In this document: positions 26,974 through 36,094 of the stretch, piece by piece
How positions within the stretch are numbered: position 1 is the first letter of the stretch
How the letters are laid out: each line of letters begins with the position of its first letter
Source of the DNA: an uncultured bacterium
GTDB taxonomy: Bacteria; Patescibacteriota; Minisyncoccia; Phycocordibacterales; UBA9973
NCBI GenBank assembly: GCA_903892035.1
Contig: CAITGV010000001.1
Coordinates: 155,624-219,623, forward strand
DNA: 64,000 nucleotides
Direction: 5' to 3'
Position numbers and translations under genes: made by a program
The notes under the pieces: generated by a model
Told to the model about the DNA's origin: nothing
Database searches by the model: none
What the model saw: only the letters and a program-made list of their open reading frames with translations

Positions 26974-27510
26974 TTATGCGCTCTTCTTTCCTTGTTTGCG
27001 ACGTACAACCTCACCATCATAATGAAAACCTTTACCCTTGTAAGGCTCTGGCTTTTTCATACCGCGGATCTTTGCTGAAAATGCTCCAACAAGTTCTTTG
27101 TCGATACCTGTGATTGTGATATTGTTCTTTTCTGCTGTAACTGTAAGGCCTTCTGGAATAGGAACTGAAACTCCGTGTGAAAATCCAAGAGCAAGTTCGA
27201 GGTTTTTTCCTTTTACTTCACTTTTGAAACCAACTCCTTCCAATATAAGCTTCTTTGAGAAACCTGTATTCACACCTTCAATCATATTTTGAACGTGAGA
27301 AGCATATGTACCCCACAGTGCACGAGACAAAATATCTGCTGTGCTCTTTGGAAGAAAAGTAACTGTACCATCTGCAACAGTAATTTCGATTTCACTTCGG
27401 AAAGAACGTGAAAGACTTCCTTTTGGACCTTTCACAGTAATAACCAATCCGTTTTTTGTAACTTCGGTTTTCTCTGGGATCGTGATAATTTGTTTTCCAA
27501 TTCTACTCAT
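26974..27510 (-). CDS. rplF: 50S ribosomal protein L6
   Basis: MSRIGK, VKGPKG, LGFSH, PEPYKGKG. Confidence 0.98.
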   Translation of the reverse strand: MSRIGKQIITIPEKTEVTKNGLVITVKGPKGSLSRSFRSEIEITVADGTVTFLPKSTADILSRALWGTYASHVQNMIEGVNTGFSKKLILEGVGFKSEVKGKNLELALGFSHGVSVPIPEGLTVTAEKNNITITGIDKELVGAFSAKIRGMKKPEPYKGKGFHYDGEVVRRKQGKKSA

Positions 27511-27523
27511 AAAAATTTAAATA

Positions 27524-27913
27524 TTACCACATTGTAAACAATAATTCTCCTCCGACCATTTCTTTGCGGGCTTCTTTACCAGACATAATACCTTTTGGTG
27601 TCGAATATACAGCCAAACCATGACCATTTTTAATAGGTCGGATTTCTTTCATTCCCATATAAACTCGGCGTGATGGCTTTGAAATACGGTCAACTTCTTT
27701 TACTTTTCCTCCATTTTCATTGATGAGGATATTGAGTTCTAAGAATGGATGATTTTTCTTTGTCTTTTTTGAATATGACTTCAAGTAACCTTCTTTGATC
27801 AAACACTCAGCAACAGCTACTTTTAGTTTTGAGTAAGGCAAAAGCACTGTCTCCTTTTCTGCGAGACTAGCGTTTTTTATCATTGTTATCATTGATCCAA
27901 TTGGGTCTGTCAT
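27524..27913 (-). CDS. rpsH: 30S ribosomal protein S8
   Basis: MTDPI, RISKPSRRVY, STPKGIM, GGE. Confidence 0.97.
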   Translation of the reverse strand: MTDPIGSMITMIKNASLAEKETVLLPYSKLKVAVAECLIKEGYLKSYSKKTKKNHPFLELNILINENGGKVKEVDRISKPSRRVYMGMKEIRPIKNGHGLAVYSTPKGIMSGKEARKEMVGGELLFTMW

Positions 27914-27925
27914 AAAATATATATA

Positions 27926-28111
27926 TTACCAGCTTGACTTGCGAATTCCAGGAATCATTCCTTCATTTGCAAGTTCTCGGAAACAAATACGGCAAAGACC
28001 AAAATCACGGATGTAAGCGTGTCCACGGCCACAACGAAAACATCGGTTTGTTGCCCGAGTACTAAATTTTGGTGTCTTTTTTGATCTTGCGACTGTTGAT
28101 GTTTTTGCCAT
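27926..28111 (-). CDS. rpsN: 30S ribosomal protein S14, zinc-binding (type Z)
   Basis: [13 protein letters not shown]...[18 protein letters not shown]. Confidence 0.97.
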   Translation of the reverse strand: MAKTSTVARSKKTPKFSTRATNRCFRCGRGHAYIRDFGLCRICFRELANEGMIPGIRKSSW

Positions 28112-28121
28112 ATACAAATAA

Positions 28122-28221
28122 GGTTTTCATCAAGCAATATCTCGTTTTTTTTCTTAAAACCCCTACAAAATATCTTTCTGAAGGATTATAAGGAGAAAAA
28201 CGGATTAACCTGAACAAAACC
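28122..28221 (-). promoter_or_regulatory. structured 5' leader of rpsN-rpsH, putative S8-binding site
   Basis: 100-nt hairpin containing TCAGGTTAATC / GATATTGCTTGA, which parallels the S8 core of 16S helix 21. Confidence 0.6.
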
Positions 28222-28243
28222 ATTCCTTTTCAGGAACTCCCCT

Positions 28244-28272
28244 ATACTAGCAGATAGCCCCTTTGATGTCAA
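28244..28272 (-). promoter_or_regulatory. sigma70-type promoter for rpsN...secY
   Basis: TTGACA-17-TAGTAT with TG upstream of the -10; the -35 lies at the apex of hairpin 28254-28286. Confidence 0.75.
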
Positions 28273-28302
28273 ATCAAAGGGGCTATACTCGTATCGTAAC
28301 CA

Positions 28303-28725
28303 TTAGTCAGGGAACGATACATTTGTGTCGGGGAACTCTCTTTGAATAATTCGAGAAATATCCTCAAAAGGCGATTTTTTGTTTTCCTGTTCATCAACAA
28401 GAAATACAAAACAATTATTTTCATATATCATCTGACCTTTCCAGAAACTTTCAAACTTTTGAGAGAATTCGACTTCAATTTGGTTTTCAGACAGTTCGTA
28501 CTGAATGAAATCTTTTAAAATCTGACTGTAATTTCCAGTCTTATTATTAAAAGAATTATCTTCAACACGAATCAACCATTTTCTGTCCGTTAAATTTTGC
28601 TTATTGCAAATTTCAAAGAAAATAAAATGGTGCTGTACGCCAAACAAATGAAGTTCGTCCCTAGACACATTAATGTCGGGTAAATCATCGAACTTTTTCA
28701 TTTTATTTTTATTAATTTTATCCAC
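28303..28725 (-). CDS. hypothetical protein
   Basis: 140-aa ORF with upstream TTGACA-17-TAGTAT and a downstream hairpin. Confidence 0.6.
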   Translation of the reverse strand: MDKINKNKMKKFDDLPDINVSRDELHLFGVQHHFIFFEICNKQNLTDRKWLIRVEDNSFNNKTGNYSQILKDFIQYELSENQIEVEFSQKFESFWKGQMIYENNCFVFLVDEQENKKSPFEDISRIIQREFPDTNVSFPD

Positions 28726-28786
28726 TCAAATACTATACTCCGTATATGTGCTTGTCAATTGGGGTTTTTATTGCTTAAATAGAGTA

Positions 28787-29362
28787 ATGAAAAAACACAT
28801 TATCACTTTGGCGGGAAAACTTGGAAGCGGAAAGAGTTCAACTGCAAACAAAGTTGCTGAAATTTTGGGATACAATAGAGTTTCCACTGGAGACTTTATG
28901 CGCACGATAGCTGACAGGCACGGCATCACCCTCGCAGAACTGCAAAAGCTAGCTGAAACTGACCCTACGACTGACACAGAGCTCGATGATTTAAATAAAG
29001 AAACAGGCACAAAAGAAAACATCGTTCTTGATTCTCGTCTTGGTTTCTTTTTTATACCAGAATCTTTTAAAGTTTTCCTTGAGCTTGATCCAAAAATTGC
29101 TGCAGAGAGAATTCTCGTTGATGCAGAAAAAAATCCAAATCGACAAAAAGAAAATGTTGGTGGTTTTCAAAATGCAGAGGAGATTGAAAAATCAATTACA
29201 GAACGTCTCGCTAGTGAGAGAAAAAGATATAAAGATTTATATGGAATAGAAGACCAAACTGCTCCAAGCAATTTCGATCTAGTAATCGACACCTCAAAAT
29301 TCCCTCTCGACACCGTCGCTCAAAAAATTGTAGAAGGATATAAAAGCTGGTTAAGCAAATAA
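28787..29362 (+). CDS. cmk: cytidylate kinase, archaeal-type
   Basis: IITLAGKLGSGKS, VSTGDFMR, VLDSRLG, KRYKDLYGI, FDLVIDTS. Confidence 0.85.
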   Translation: MKKHIITLAGKLGSGKSSTANKVAEILGYNRVSTGDFMRTIADRHGITLAELQKLAETDPTTDTELDDLNKETGTKENIVLDSRLGFFFIPESFKVFLELDPKIAAERILVDAEKNPNRQKENVGGFQNAEEIEKSITERLASERKRYKDLYGIEDQTAPSNFDLVIDTSKFPLDTVAQKIVEGYKSWLSK

Positions 29363-29428
29363 AATAGAAAAGTCCACCTAACTTTGGTAAGAAGATGGAC
29401 TTTAATCATTTTAAAAACTGCATTTCAT

Positions 29429-29968
29429 TTAAGGAGTATCGTACATTATTGTGCAAAATCCTGACGTACTTTCGTAAACCTGACTCCTAAATTCCGAGCT
29501 AAGTATTCTCAATGTTCTTCCTGTAACTTTGTGAGTTACTGTAAAAAACAAAGTGGTGTCTGTCAGCGTAGTTGGAAAAACAGATAAATCATCCGTACCA
29601 ACCCCAGCTTTTGCGTGCAGGTTCCATCCGCCCAAATCATGTTCAGACGTAATTACCATGTACCTTCGCTTTCCATTAACGTCTCCACTAAACCAGATTT
29701 CACCTGAATCACGTTGTGGAAACGCATACCCAAACACCTGACTTTTACCGGTATTGTACAAATACTTGATTGCGTACTTACCAGTGTACCCAGCAATTAC
29801 AGTGCTCGAATTGTTTTCAAAAGACGCCGAACTGTCCAAAATGTTGTACCTCATAATCTGCGGAGGTGCTGACGCTTGAACCACAGGTTCTGTGATTTCT
29901 TTTTTGCAACTCGTTATTACAAGCGCGAGGGCTAGGCATGCTAGCGTGAATAATTTTACTTTTCTCAT
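29429..29968 (-). CDS. hypothetical lipoprotein-like protein
   Basis: Signal peptide ending in ITS-CKKE; beta-rich body. Confidence 0.7.
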   Translation of the reverse strand: MRKVKLFTLACLALALVITSCKKEITEPVVQASAPPQIMRYNILDSSASFENNSSTVIAGYTGKYAIKYLYNTGKSQVFGYAFPQRDSGEIWFSGDVNGKRRYMVITSEHDLGGWNLHAKAGVGTDDLSVFPTTLTDTTLFFTVTHKVTGRTLRILSSEFRSQVYESTSGFCTIMYDTP

Positions 29969-30160
29969 TATTATAAATTTATTGTTATTATTTAGTTACG
30001 TTTTCTCAAAGATCATAAAATCACTAAAAGAACGCAACTAATCCAGTAACAATTTTTTTCAAGGAACCAACCAACCCAAAGAATAGCATAAATATATACG
30101 TCTGTCAATACAAGAGTGAACTAATGCTGAATAAGGACTGTACTTGCGTATTCAAAAAAA

Positions 30161-30263
30161 ACTCCTGTCCCCCTTATCAGGAGAATAAATGCAAATACAA
30201 AAACTTGTCAGCAGTTTCCCTTCCTTGATAAGGGAAGGTGCCTGAAAGGCGGATGGGTTGTAT
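30161..30263. repeat. inverted pair of diverged REP-like elements
   Basis: ctcctgtcccccttatcaggagaataaatgc and ttcccttccttgataagggaaggtgcctgaaaggcggatgggttgta; same TTATCA/TGATAA core as the DUF559-flanking copies. Confidence 0.7.
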
Positions 30264-30296
30264 TAAGTAAAAAAAATCCCCTTACGAGGATTTTTT

Positions 30297-30608
30297 TTAC
30301 TTACTTTTCTCTTTTATTTTTTTCTCAAGATTATTGAAACGTACCAGGAGAGAATCGAATTCATGGCGAGGAACAAAACGGTCGCCAACATTTAAAACTT
30401 CACGACGTGTAGCTTTTACGCTAATATCCATGGCATCCATTTTCTTTTCAACACCATCTAGTCGTACTTCAACTTTATCTAATTTTGATTCAACCTTTTC
30501 TAATCGTGAGTCAACTTTATCTAGCCTATAATCAACACCAGAAAAACCCTTTGCTACCATCATTGCCAAGGTATCCATAGTGACTTTTTTACTACCTATC
30601 TTATTCAT
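30297..30608 (-). CDS. hypothetical coiled-coil protein
   Basis: TMDTLAMMVAKGF followed by heptads RLDKVDS RLEKVES KLDKVEV RLDGVEK. Confidence 0.75.
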   Translation of the reverse strand: MNKIGSKKVTMDTLAMMVAKGFSGVDYRLDKVDSRLEKVESKLDKVEVRLDGVEKKMDAMDISVKATRREVLNVGDRFVPRHEFDSLLVRFNNLEKKIKEKSK

Positions 30609-30666
30609 ATAAACAGTATATCAGCATAAAAAAATCCCCACAAGGGGATTTTTTTATGCTTAAGTT

Positions 30667-31209
30667 TTAGTCTTTTTTGAAAGGAAAACCGATAGCTTCA
30701 AAGAATGCAAGAGCTTCTTCTTTTGTTTTTGCAGATGTCACGAGTGTGATAGCCATTCCAAAAACATCCTTTATATCCTCATCGGCTGTTTCAGGGAAAA
30801 TTGTGTGTTCTTTGATACTAAATGTAAGGTTACCGATATTGTCTACAACCTTGCGAGCAATACCACGAAAGTCTTTTGTTCTAGGAAGAGAAACATTTAA
30901 AAGCTTATCTAGGAAAGCGTACATGCGTGGACCACGAAGAGTGATAACAACACCGATTGGATCTCCTTCACGAACTTTAAAAGAAGCAATTGATTTCTTT
31001 GCAGAGCGTAGAGATGGCTTTTGTCCTGTAATTTTTGCAAGACGTCCAACGATAAAATCATTGCGGTTTTTGTCGCGTTTTACTCCACTTCCAGTTCCAG
31101 ATGCAACTACAACTTTGAGCATTTTTGGCATAGACATTACATTTTTGTAGCCAAATTTCTTACTCATCATCTCAACTGCCTTTTTTTCTTTTTGTTTTAC
31201 TGATTCCAT
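30667..31209 (-). CDS. rplE: 50S ribosomal protein L5
   Basis: ITGQKP..AKKSIASFKVREG, TLRG, LPRTKDFRG, IFPE. Confidence 0.98.
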   Translation of the reverse strand: MESVKQKEKKAVEMMSKKFGYKNVMSMPKMLKVVVASGTGSGVKRDKNRNDFIVGRLAKITGQKPSLRSAKKSIASFKVREGDPIGVVITLRGPRMYAFLDKLLNVSLPRTKDFRGIARKVVDNIGNLTFSIKEHTIFPETADEDIKDVFGMAITLVTSAKTKEEALAFFEAIGFPFKKD

Positions 31210-31226
31210 ACAATATATATTATTAG

Positions 31227-31532
31227 CTATATTTCTTGTCCGCTCTTCTTACTGATACGAACATTTTTTCCATTAATATTCTTTTTGCCGACACGTGATC
31301 CCTCTCCTGTCTTTGGATCTACAATCATCACATTTGATGCAGAAAAACGTGTAGCAACATCGATGATTTGACCCTTTGCTCCTTCTTTTCGAGCACGTTG
31401 GTGTTTCTTTTTCATATTCACACCCTCCACAAGAACTTTGTTGTCAGCAACAAAAACAGAAATGACTTTTCCTTTCTTGCCTTTATCTTTTCCGGCAGTA
31501 ACTATTACATTGTCTCCTTTTTTGATTTTCAT
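31227..31532 (-). CDS. rplX: 50S ribosomal protein L24
   Basis: KIKKGDNV..AGKDKGKKG, VEGVN, SNV. Confidence 0.98.
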   Translation of the reverse strand: MKIKKGDNVIVTAGKDKGKKGKVISVFVADNKVLVEGVNMKKKHQRARKEGAKGQIIDVATRFSASNVMIVDPKTGEGSRVGKKNINGKNVRISKKSGQEI

Positions 31533-31537
31533 AAAAT

Positions 31538-31909
31538 TTATATTACTTCTGGGGCTAATGAAATAATTTTCTGGTAACCTCTTTCAGCAAGCTCACGAGG
31601 AATTGGTCCGAATACACGACCTGCTTTTGGTTCATTTTTTTCTTTTTCCAAAATCACAACTGCATTGTCATCAAAACGTATATATGAGCCATCTTTTCGG
31701 CGGAAAGCTTTTGTTTGGCGAACAACGACTGCACGACAAACATCTTTTTTCTTAATAGCTTTACGTGGTGCTGCAACCTTGATTGAAATGATCACAGTAT
31801 CGCCTATTTGTGCATAGCGACGCTTTGAGTCACCAAGTACCTTGAAAACCTTTCCAACGGTTCCTCCGGCATTGTCTGTGATTTTTACTACTGTTCCATC
31901 TTGAATCAT
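31538..31909 (-). CDS. rplN: 50S ribosomal protein L14
   Basis: MIQ, DGSYIRFDDNA, RVFGP, SLAPEV. Confidence 0.98.
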   Translation of the reverse strand: MIQDGTVVKITDNAGGTVGKVFKVLGDSKRRYAQIGDTVIISIKVAAPRKAIKKKDVCRAVVVRQTKAFRRKDGSYIRFDDNAVVILEKEKNEPKAGRVFGPIPRELAERGYQKIISLAPEVI

Positions 31910-31915
31910 AAAATT

Positions 31916-32191
31916 TTATATAGTCTTAAAATGCTTATCTTTTGAAATTGGGCGAGTCTCGACGATAGTCACCTTGTCTCCAACTTTGTATTTGTTTACT
32001 TCATCGTGTGCTTTGTATTTCTTTGAAATCTTTACATGTTTCTGATATTTTGGATGCTTCACAAAGCGTGTGACAGACACTACTACAGTCTTGTCCATCT
32101 TGTCTCCAACCACTACTCCATCGAGAGTCTTTGGATTCTTCACCACAACTTTTCCATCTGCCTTTTTTGTTTTTTCTATAGTCTTTTTCAT
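31916..32191 (-). CDS. rpsQ: 30S ribosomal protein S17
   Basis: [25 protein letters not shown]. Confidence 0.97.
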   Translation of the reverse strand: MKKTIEKTKKADGKVVVKNPKTLDGVVVGDKMDKTVVVSVTRFVKHPKYQKHVKISKKYKAHDEVNKYKVGDKVTIVETRPISKDKHFKTI

Positions 32192-32195
32192 AAAA

Positions 32196-32387
32196 TTATT
32201 TTGACATGCGAGCTTTTTGGGCTGTTAAAATTCTTGCAATGTCTTTCTTCATTGTATTTGCCCCTTTCACATTTTTGATCTTACCACCTGTGATATTGAA
32301 ACGGAAATGTTGAAGACCCTCGCTTTTCTCTTTAAGCATTGCTGTAAGTTCTGTATCTTTCATTTCTTTTGTGTTTAACTTTTTCAT
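32196..32387 (-). CDS. rpmC: 50S ribosomal protein L29
   Basis: FRF..., KKDIARILT; conserved position. Confidence 0.93.
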   Translation of the reverse strand: MKKLNTKEMKDTELTAMLKEKSEGLQHFRFNITGGKIKNVKGANTMKKDIARILTAQKARMSK

Positions 32388-32400
32388 ACAATATAAATTA

Positions 32401-32823
32401 TTATCGGCTTATTACTCGAGTCTTAAGAGGAAGCTTTGTTCCAGCTTTGCGGAGAGATTCTTTTGCAATTGCTGCATCAACTCCATCAACTTCAAAAATA
32501 ATTCGGCCTGGGCGAACTTCGAAACAATAACCTTGCAAATCTCCTTTACCTTTTCCCATACCCACTTCTGGTGGTTTTGATGTAAAAGGCATATCTGGGA
32601 AAATTCTTATCCAAACTTTTCCAGATTTTGTGAGGTTGCGAGTCATTGCTTTTCTAGCTGCTTCGATTTGATTTGATTTTACACGTGCTGTTGATTCAGA
32701 CTTCAAACCAAAAGACCCAAAAGCAAGTTTGATGCCACGTGTGTCTGGAGTTTTATTCAAGGTATTTTTATTACCTCGAAACTTTTGCCACTTTCTGTGT
32801 TTTACTTTCTTTGGGAGCAACAT
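32401..32823 (-). CDS. rplP: 50S ribosomal protein L16
   Basis: MLLPKKVKHRK, QIEAAR, WIRIFPD, MGKGKG. Confidence 0.98.
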   Translation of the reverse strand: MLLPKKVKHRKWQKFRGNKNTLNKTPDTRGIKLAFGSFGLKSESTARVKSNQIEAARKAMTRNLTKSGKVWIRIFPDMPFTSKPPEVGMGKGKGDLQGYCFEVRPGRIIFEVDGVDAAIAKESLRKAGTKLPLKTRVISR

Positions 32824-32827
32824 AAAA

Positions 32828-33505
32828 TTATTTTACTTCTACTTTATTATCTTTATTAAAAATTTCTCCGCGGTAAATCCAAACCTTAATACCAATGTCT
32901 CCATATGGAAGGTGTGCTTTTTCTCTTGCGAAATCAATATCTGCACGGAAAGTCTGAAGTGGAATTGATCCACGTTTTAGTTCTTCACTGCGAGCGATTT
33001 CAGCACCACCTAGGCGTCCTCCCAAAAGAATTCTTGCTCCTTCTACTCCGCGAGCAGACATTACTTTCTCGATTGTTTGTTTGATAACACGGCGGTAAGG
33101 CAAACGCTTTTCCATTCCTTCTGCGACAGAATACGCAACGAGTGCAGCATCTGCATCTGGAGAAACAACTTCCAAAATATCAATCTTCAATTCTTCTGGA
33201 ATTGCGATTTTGTTCTTTTGCATAAATTTGATTATGTCATTCTTCAATTTTACAGAACCTTCTCCTTGGCGACCGATGACCATACCTGGGCGTGATGTGC
33301 GGATGATGAAACGAGTTGATTTGCGATTGCGTTCTATTTCAATAGATGAAACATAAAAACCACGCATACGCTTTGTGAGGAATTCACGCACAAGCACATC
33401 TGTACGCAAGAAATCTTTGTATTTCTTGTCTGCAGCAAACCAGCGAGACTTCCAGTCTCTGATGATTACCAATCTATGTGCATATGGGTGTACTTTCTTT
33501 GACAT
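32828..33505 (-). CDS. rpsC: 30S ribosomal protein S3
   Basis: KVHP, RPGMVIG, GRLGGAEIAR, PLQTFRADID, GIKVWI. Confidence 0.98.
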   Translation of the reverse strand: MSKKVHPYAHRLVIIRDWKSRWFAADKKYKDFLRTDVLVREFLTKRMRGFYVSSIEIERNRKSTRFIIRTSRPGMVIGRQGEGSVKLKNDIIKFMQKNKIAIPEELKIDILEVVSPDADAALVAYSVAEGMEKRLPYRRVIKQTIEKVMSARGVEGARILLGGRLGGAEIARSEELKRGSIPLQTFRADIDFAREKAHLPYGDIGIKVWIYRGEIFNKDNKVEVK

Positions 33506-33509
33506 AAAA

Positions 33510-33836
33510 TTATTTTTCCATTAATTCAAGAGTGACTGTACTGCAACGCTTGTTGATGCGTGAAGCACTTCCTCGTGCTCTTGGCATTGAACGCTTTAAT
33601 ACGATACCTTTGTTTACTTCGATCTTTTTAATAAATAAATTGTCTTTTGCTATTGAATGATTTTGTTTTGCATTTGCTACAGCTGAGTCGATAAGCTTCT
33701 TTATAGGTAGTGATGCACGCTTAGCTAAAAATGAAAGCTCTGTAGTAGCTTCTAGGACATTTTTACCACGAATAAGACCCGCTATAAGGCGGACTTTTCG
33801 AGGTGACTGTCTGTAATTTTTTAAAATTGCTTTCAT
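33510..33836 (-). CDS. rplV: 50S ribosomal protein L22
   Basis: SPRKVRL, SAVANA, PRARG. Confidence 0.98.
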   Translation of the reverse strand: MKAILKNYRQSPRKVRLIAGLIRGKNVLEATTELSFLAKRASLPIKKLIDSAVANAKQNHSIAKDNLFIKKIEVNKGIVLKRSMPRARGSASRINKRCSTVTLELMEK

Positions 33837-33840
33837 TGTT

Positions 33841-33870
33841 TTAGAAATTAGATATTAGGCATTAGTCATT
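33841..33870. repeat. tandem heptamer repeat (TTAGNNA)4
   Basis: ttagaaa ttagata ttaggca ttagtca tt in the rpsS-rplV spacer. Confidence 0.7.
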
Positions 33871-34217
33871 TACTTTTTCTTTGTATCAGCAGTACTTGCT
33901 TTTGCAGCTTGAGCAGCAGCTATTTCAGATTCTTTCTTCTTAGCTTCAAGCTCTTTCTGCATCTTTCCTCCGTGTCTTACAAATTTGCGAGTAAGAGAAA
34001 ATTCACCTAGTCTGTGACCAACCATGTCTTCTGTAACCAAAACTTCAACATGAGTCTTTCCATTGTGCACGCCAAAGTTGAAACCAACCATTTCTGGTGA
34101 GATTTGACTTGCGCGTGACCACGTCTTAATCATGCCCGTTTCTAGCGGTTTCTTTCCGGCAATCTTTTTCAAGAGCCTTTCGTCGACGTATGGTCCTTTT
34201 TTGAGTGATCTTGTCAT
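33870..34217 (-). CDS. rpsS: 30S ribosomal protein S19
   Basis: [29 protein letters not shown]. Confidence 0.98.
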   Translation of the reverse strand: MTRSLKKGPYVDERLLKKIAGKKPLETGMIKTWSRASQISPEMVGFNFGVHNGKTHVEVLVTEDMVGHRLGEFSLTRKFVRHGGKMQKELEAKKKESEIAAAQAAKASTADTKKK

Positions 34218-34255
34218 ATTTGCAATTAAAATAGCCCCTAAGAGCTAGTTGCCCT

Positions 34256-34283
34256 ATATTAGCAAATTGTACTTATTTGTCAA
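34256..34283 (-). promoter_or_regulatory. sigma70-type promoter for rpsS...rplE
   Basis: TTGACA-16-TAATAT with an extended TG. Confidence 0.65.
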
Positions 34284-34363
34284 ATTTTACGTATTGCGGT
34301 GCGATACCTAGGTGCTATAATAATATGTATTATTAATTATTGCTTCTATTTGAAGAAAATATT

Positions 34364-35155
34364 ATGTTTAACACAGAAAAATTAAAGGAAAATTCTGCAA
34401 ATGAAAATCTAAAGGATACTTCAGAGCAGACAGGTGAAAATACTCCTGGTCTTTTAGATAAAGGTGGGGAAAGATTGGAAAGTATTAAAAATTTTGTTTC
34501 ATCCACAAAAGACAAAGCTTCGGGCTTTTTCAAAAGTGTCGGTGGAAAAATTGGAGGAATGTTTAATCGTGGAAAAGAAATGATCCCTAGTATGAATACA
34601 GTGGCCACTGTTGCACTTTCTGCTCCAGAGATTGCAATAGCTGGAGGAAGATACGTCAGCAATAAACTTGACCAAGGCGCAGAAAAAGTTATGGACGGTG
34701 CAGATAAAATTGGCTACAAAATCGGTGAAGGTACAGAATACGTAGTAGGAAAAGTAAGTGAAGGTGCAAATTATGTCGGTGGAAAAATTGAAAAAGGTGC
34801 AATGAACACAAGTGCTTTTCTTGAAACAAAAGCTGAGCAAATGGCAATGTTTGCAACTGAAAAAGCAAACCTTGTTGCTGATGCTACATTATATGCTAAA
34901 GATAAAACAGTAGAGGGTTATCAAAAAGTTAGTAATGGAATTGCAAATCGCTACAATAGTGTAAAAGATTTTGCAGGTAAATCTATCGAAAGTGCTGGTA
35001 ATAGAATTTCTCAAATGAAAGAAAATATGAGAAATAAAATGAATGAAGCTCGCCAAATGCGCCTTATGCGTGAAATTGCAAATAACAATGCAAAAGCAAT
35101 GATGCATCAGAAAAAAGCTCAGGACTTACAAATGTTACTAAACATGGCTGCTTAA
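34364..35155 (+). CDS. hypothetical protein with amphipathic helical (LEA/apolipoprotein-like) repeats
   Basis: About 11-residue periodicity: GADKIGYKIGE GTEYVVGKVSE GANYVGGKIEK. Confidence 0.7.
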   Translation: MFNTEKLKENSANENLKDTSEQTGENTPGLLDKGGERLESIKNFVSSTKDKASGFFKSVGGKIGGMFNRGKEMIPSMNTVATVALSAPEIAIAGGRYVSNKLDQGAEKVMDGADKIGYKIGEGTEYVVGKVSEGANYVGGKIEKGAMNTSAFLETKAEQMAMFATEKANLVADATLYAKDKTVEGYQKVSNGIANRYNSVKDFAGKSIESAGNRISQMKENMRNKMNEARQMRLMREIANNNAKAMMHQKKAQDLQMLLNMAA

Positions 35156-35169
35156 TTTAATATAAAATT

Positions 35170-35541
35170 ATGACATATCAAGAATATATACAAAAAGTTT
35201 TAGCTAGTGATGCTCTATCGCAAGATACAAAACAAAAAATCCAAGCATTGGGCGCTATAGAGGGTAGTGATGAAAATGTTGAAAAAATTAAAGACTTAAT
35301 TCAAAGTGATCTTGAAAAAGCTTACGCGGATGCTGGTGTGACTTTGAATGAAAATGATGATGACGTAAAAGCTATAAATGCTGAAATGGAAAGTGGTTTA
35401 CAGAAAGTTGAAGCTGACTTAAAAGCTGATATGGCTTTTGTCGAAACTGAATTAAAAGATTTGGAAGATATGGCAAAAGATGTCGATAACACCCTCACAG
35501 AAAGTAGAATAGGCACTCTTAAAAGCAACCTAACTGCATAA
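35170..35541 (+). CDS. hypothetical acidic helical protein
   Basis: 123-aa D/E-rich ORF 14 nt downstream of the previous gene; terminator at 35562-35593. Confidence 0.7.
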   Translation: MTYQEYIQKVLASDALSQDTKQKIQALGAIEGSDENVEKIKDLIQSDLEKAYADAGVTLNENDDDVKAINAEMESGLQKVEADLKADMAFVETELKDLEDMAKDVDNTLTESRIGTLKSNLTA

Positions 35542-35611
35542 AATTAAAATTCTGCAATTAGAAAGGGCTCGGAACATTTGTTCCGAGCCCTTTGCTTACT
35601 ACTTTTTGACG

Positions 35612-36094
35612 TTAATTTATAAAACCAAATCTTGCGATTTCGTTTTTTTTCATTAAAGTTGAAAAAGGGATTTTGTTTTTCAGCAAAACCTCATTTTTGA
35701 TATGGCAATCAACTTCCATACCAGATTTAGTTTTGACTACAACCTTGTGTCCGCCCATAGCAAAATCACGTTCTGCCTGACCAATCACAGTCACTTCAAA
35801 CATGTTGTTTGAAGAACTATCATCAATCCTGCCATATCTTGCGATTTGGTTTTTCTTCATTTCTGCTTGAAAAGGTATTGTGTTGTTGAACAATAAACCT
35901 TCGGAAATGATAGATGTCACAGAGTCACCACTTTCAGTAACGGCGATTACTTTGTAGTGACCAACAAGTTGATCAAATCCTTCATTACTCACAACTGTTA
36001 CTTTGTAAGTACCGGCACTTTTTGTTTTGCTTGAATTACAAGCGCTCATTACTATAACTACGATAGCAAATAAGCAAATCATTAAATTTCTCAT
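35612..36094 (-). CDS. hypothetical lipoprotein-like protein with an internal domain duplication
   Basis: Signal peptide ending in MSA-C; two repeats of about 62 aa ending IPF...MKKN(Q/E)IAR(Y/F)G. Confidence 0.75.
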   Translation of the reverse strand: MRNLMICLFAIVVIVMSACNSSKTKSAGTYKVTVVSNEGFDQLVGHYKVIAVTESGDSVTSIISEGLLFNNTIPFQAEMKKNQIARYGRIDDSSSNNMFEVTVIGQAERDFAMGGHKVVVKTKSGMEVDCHIKNEVLLKNKIPFSTLMKKNEIARFGFIN

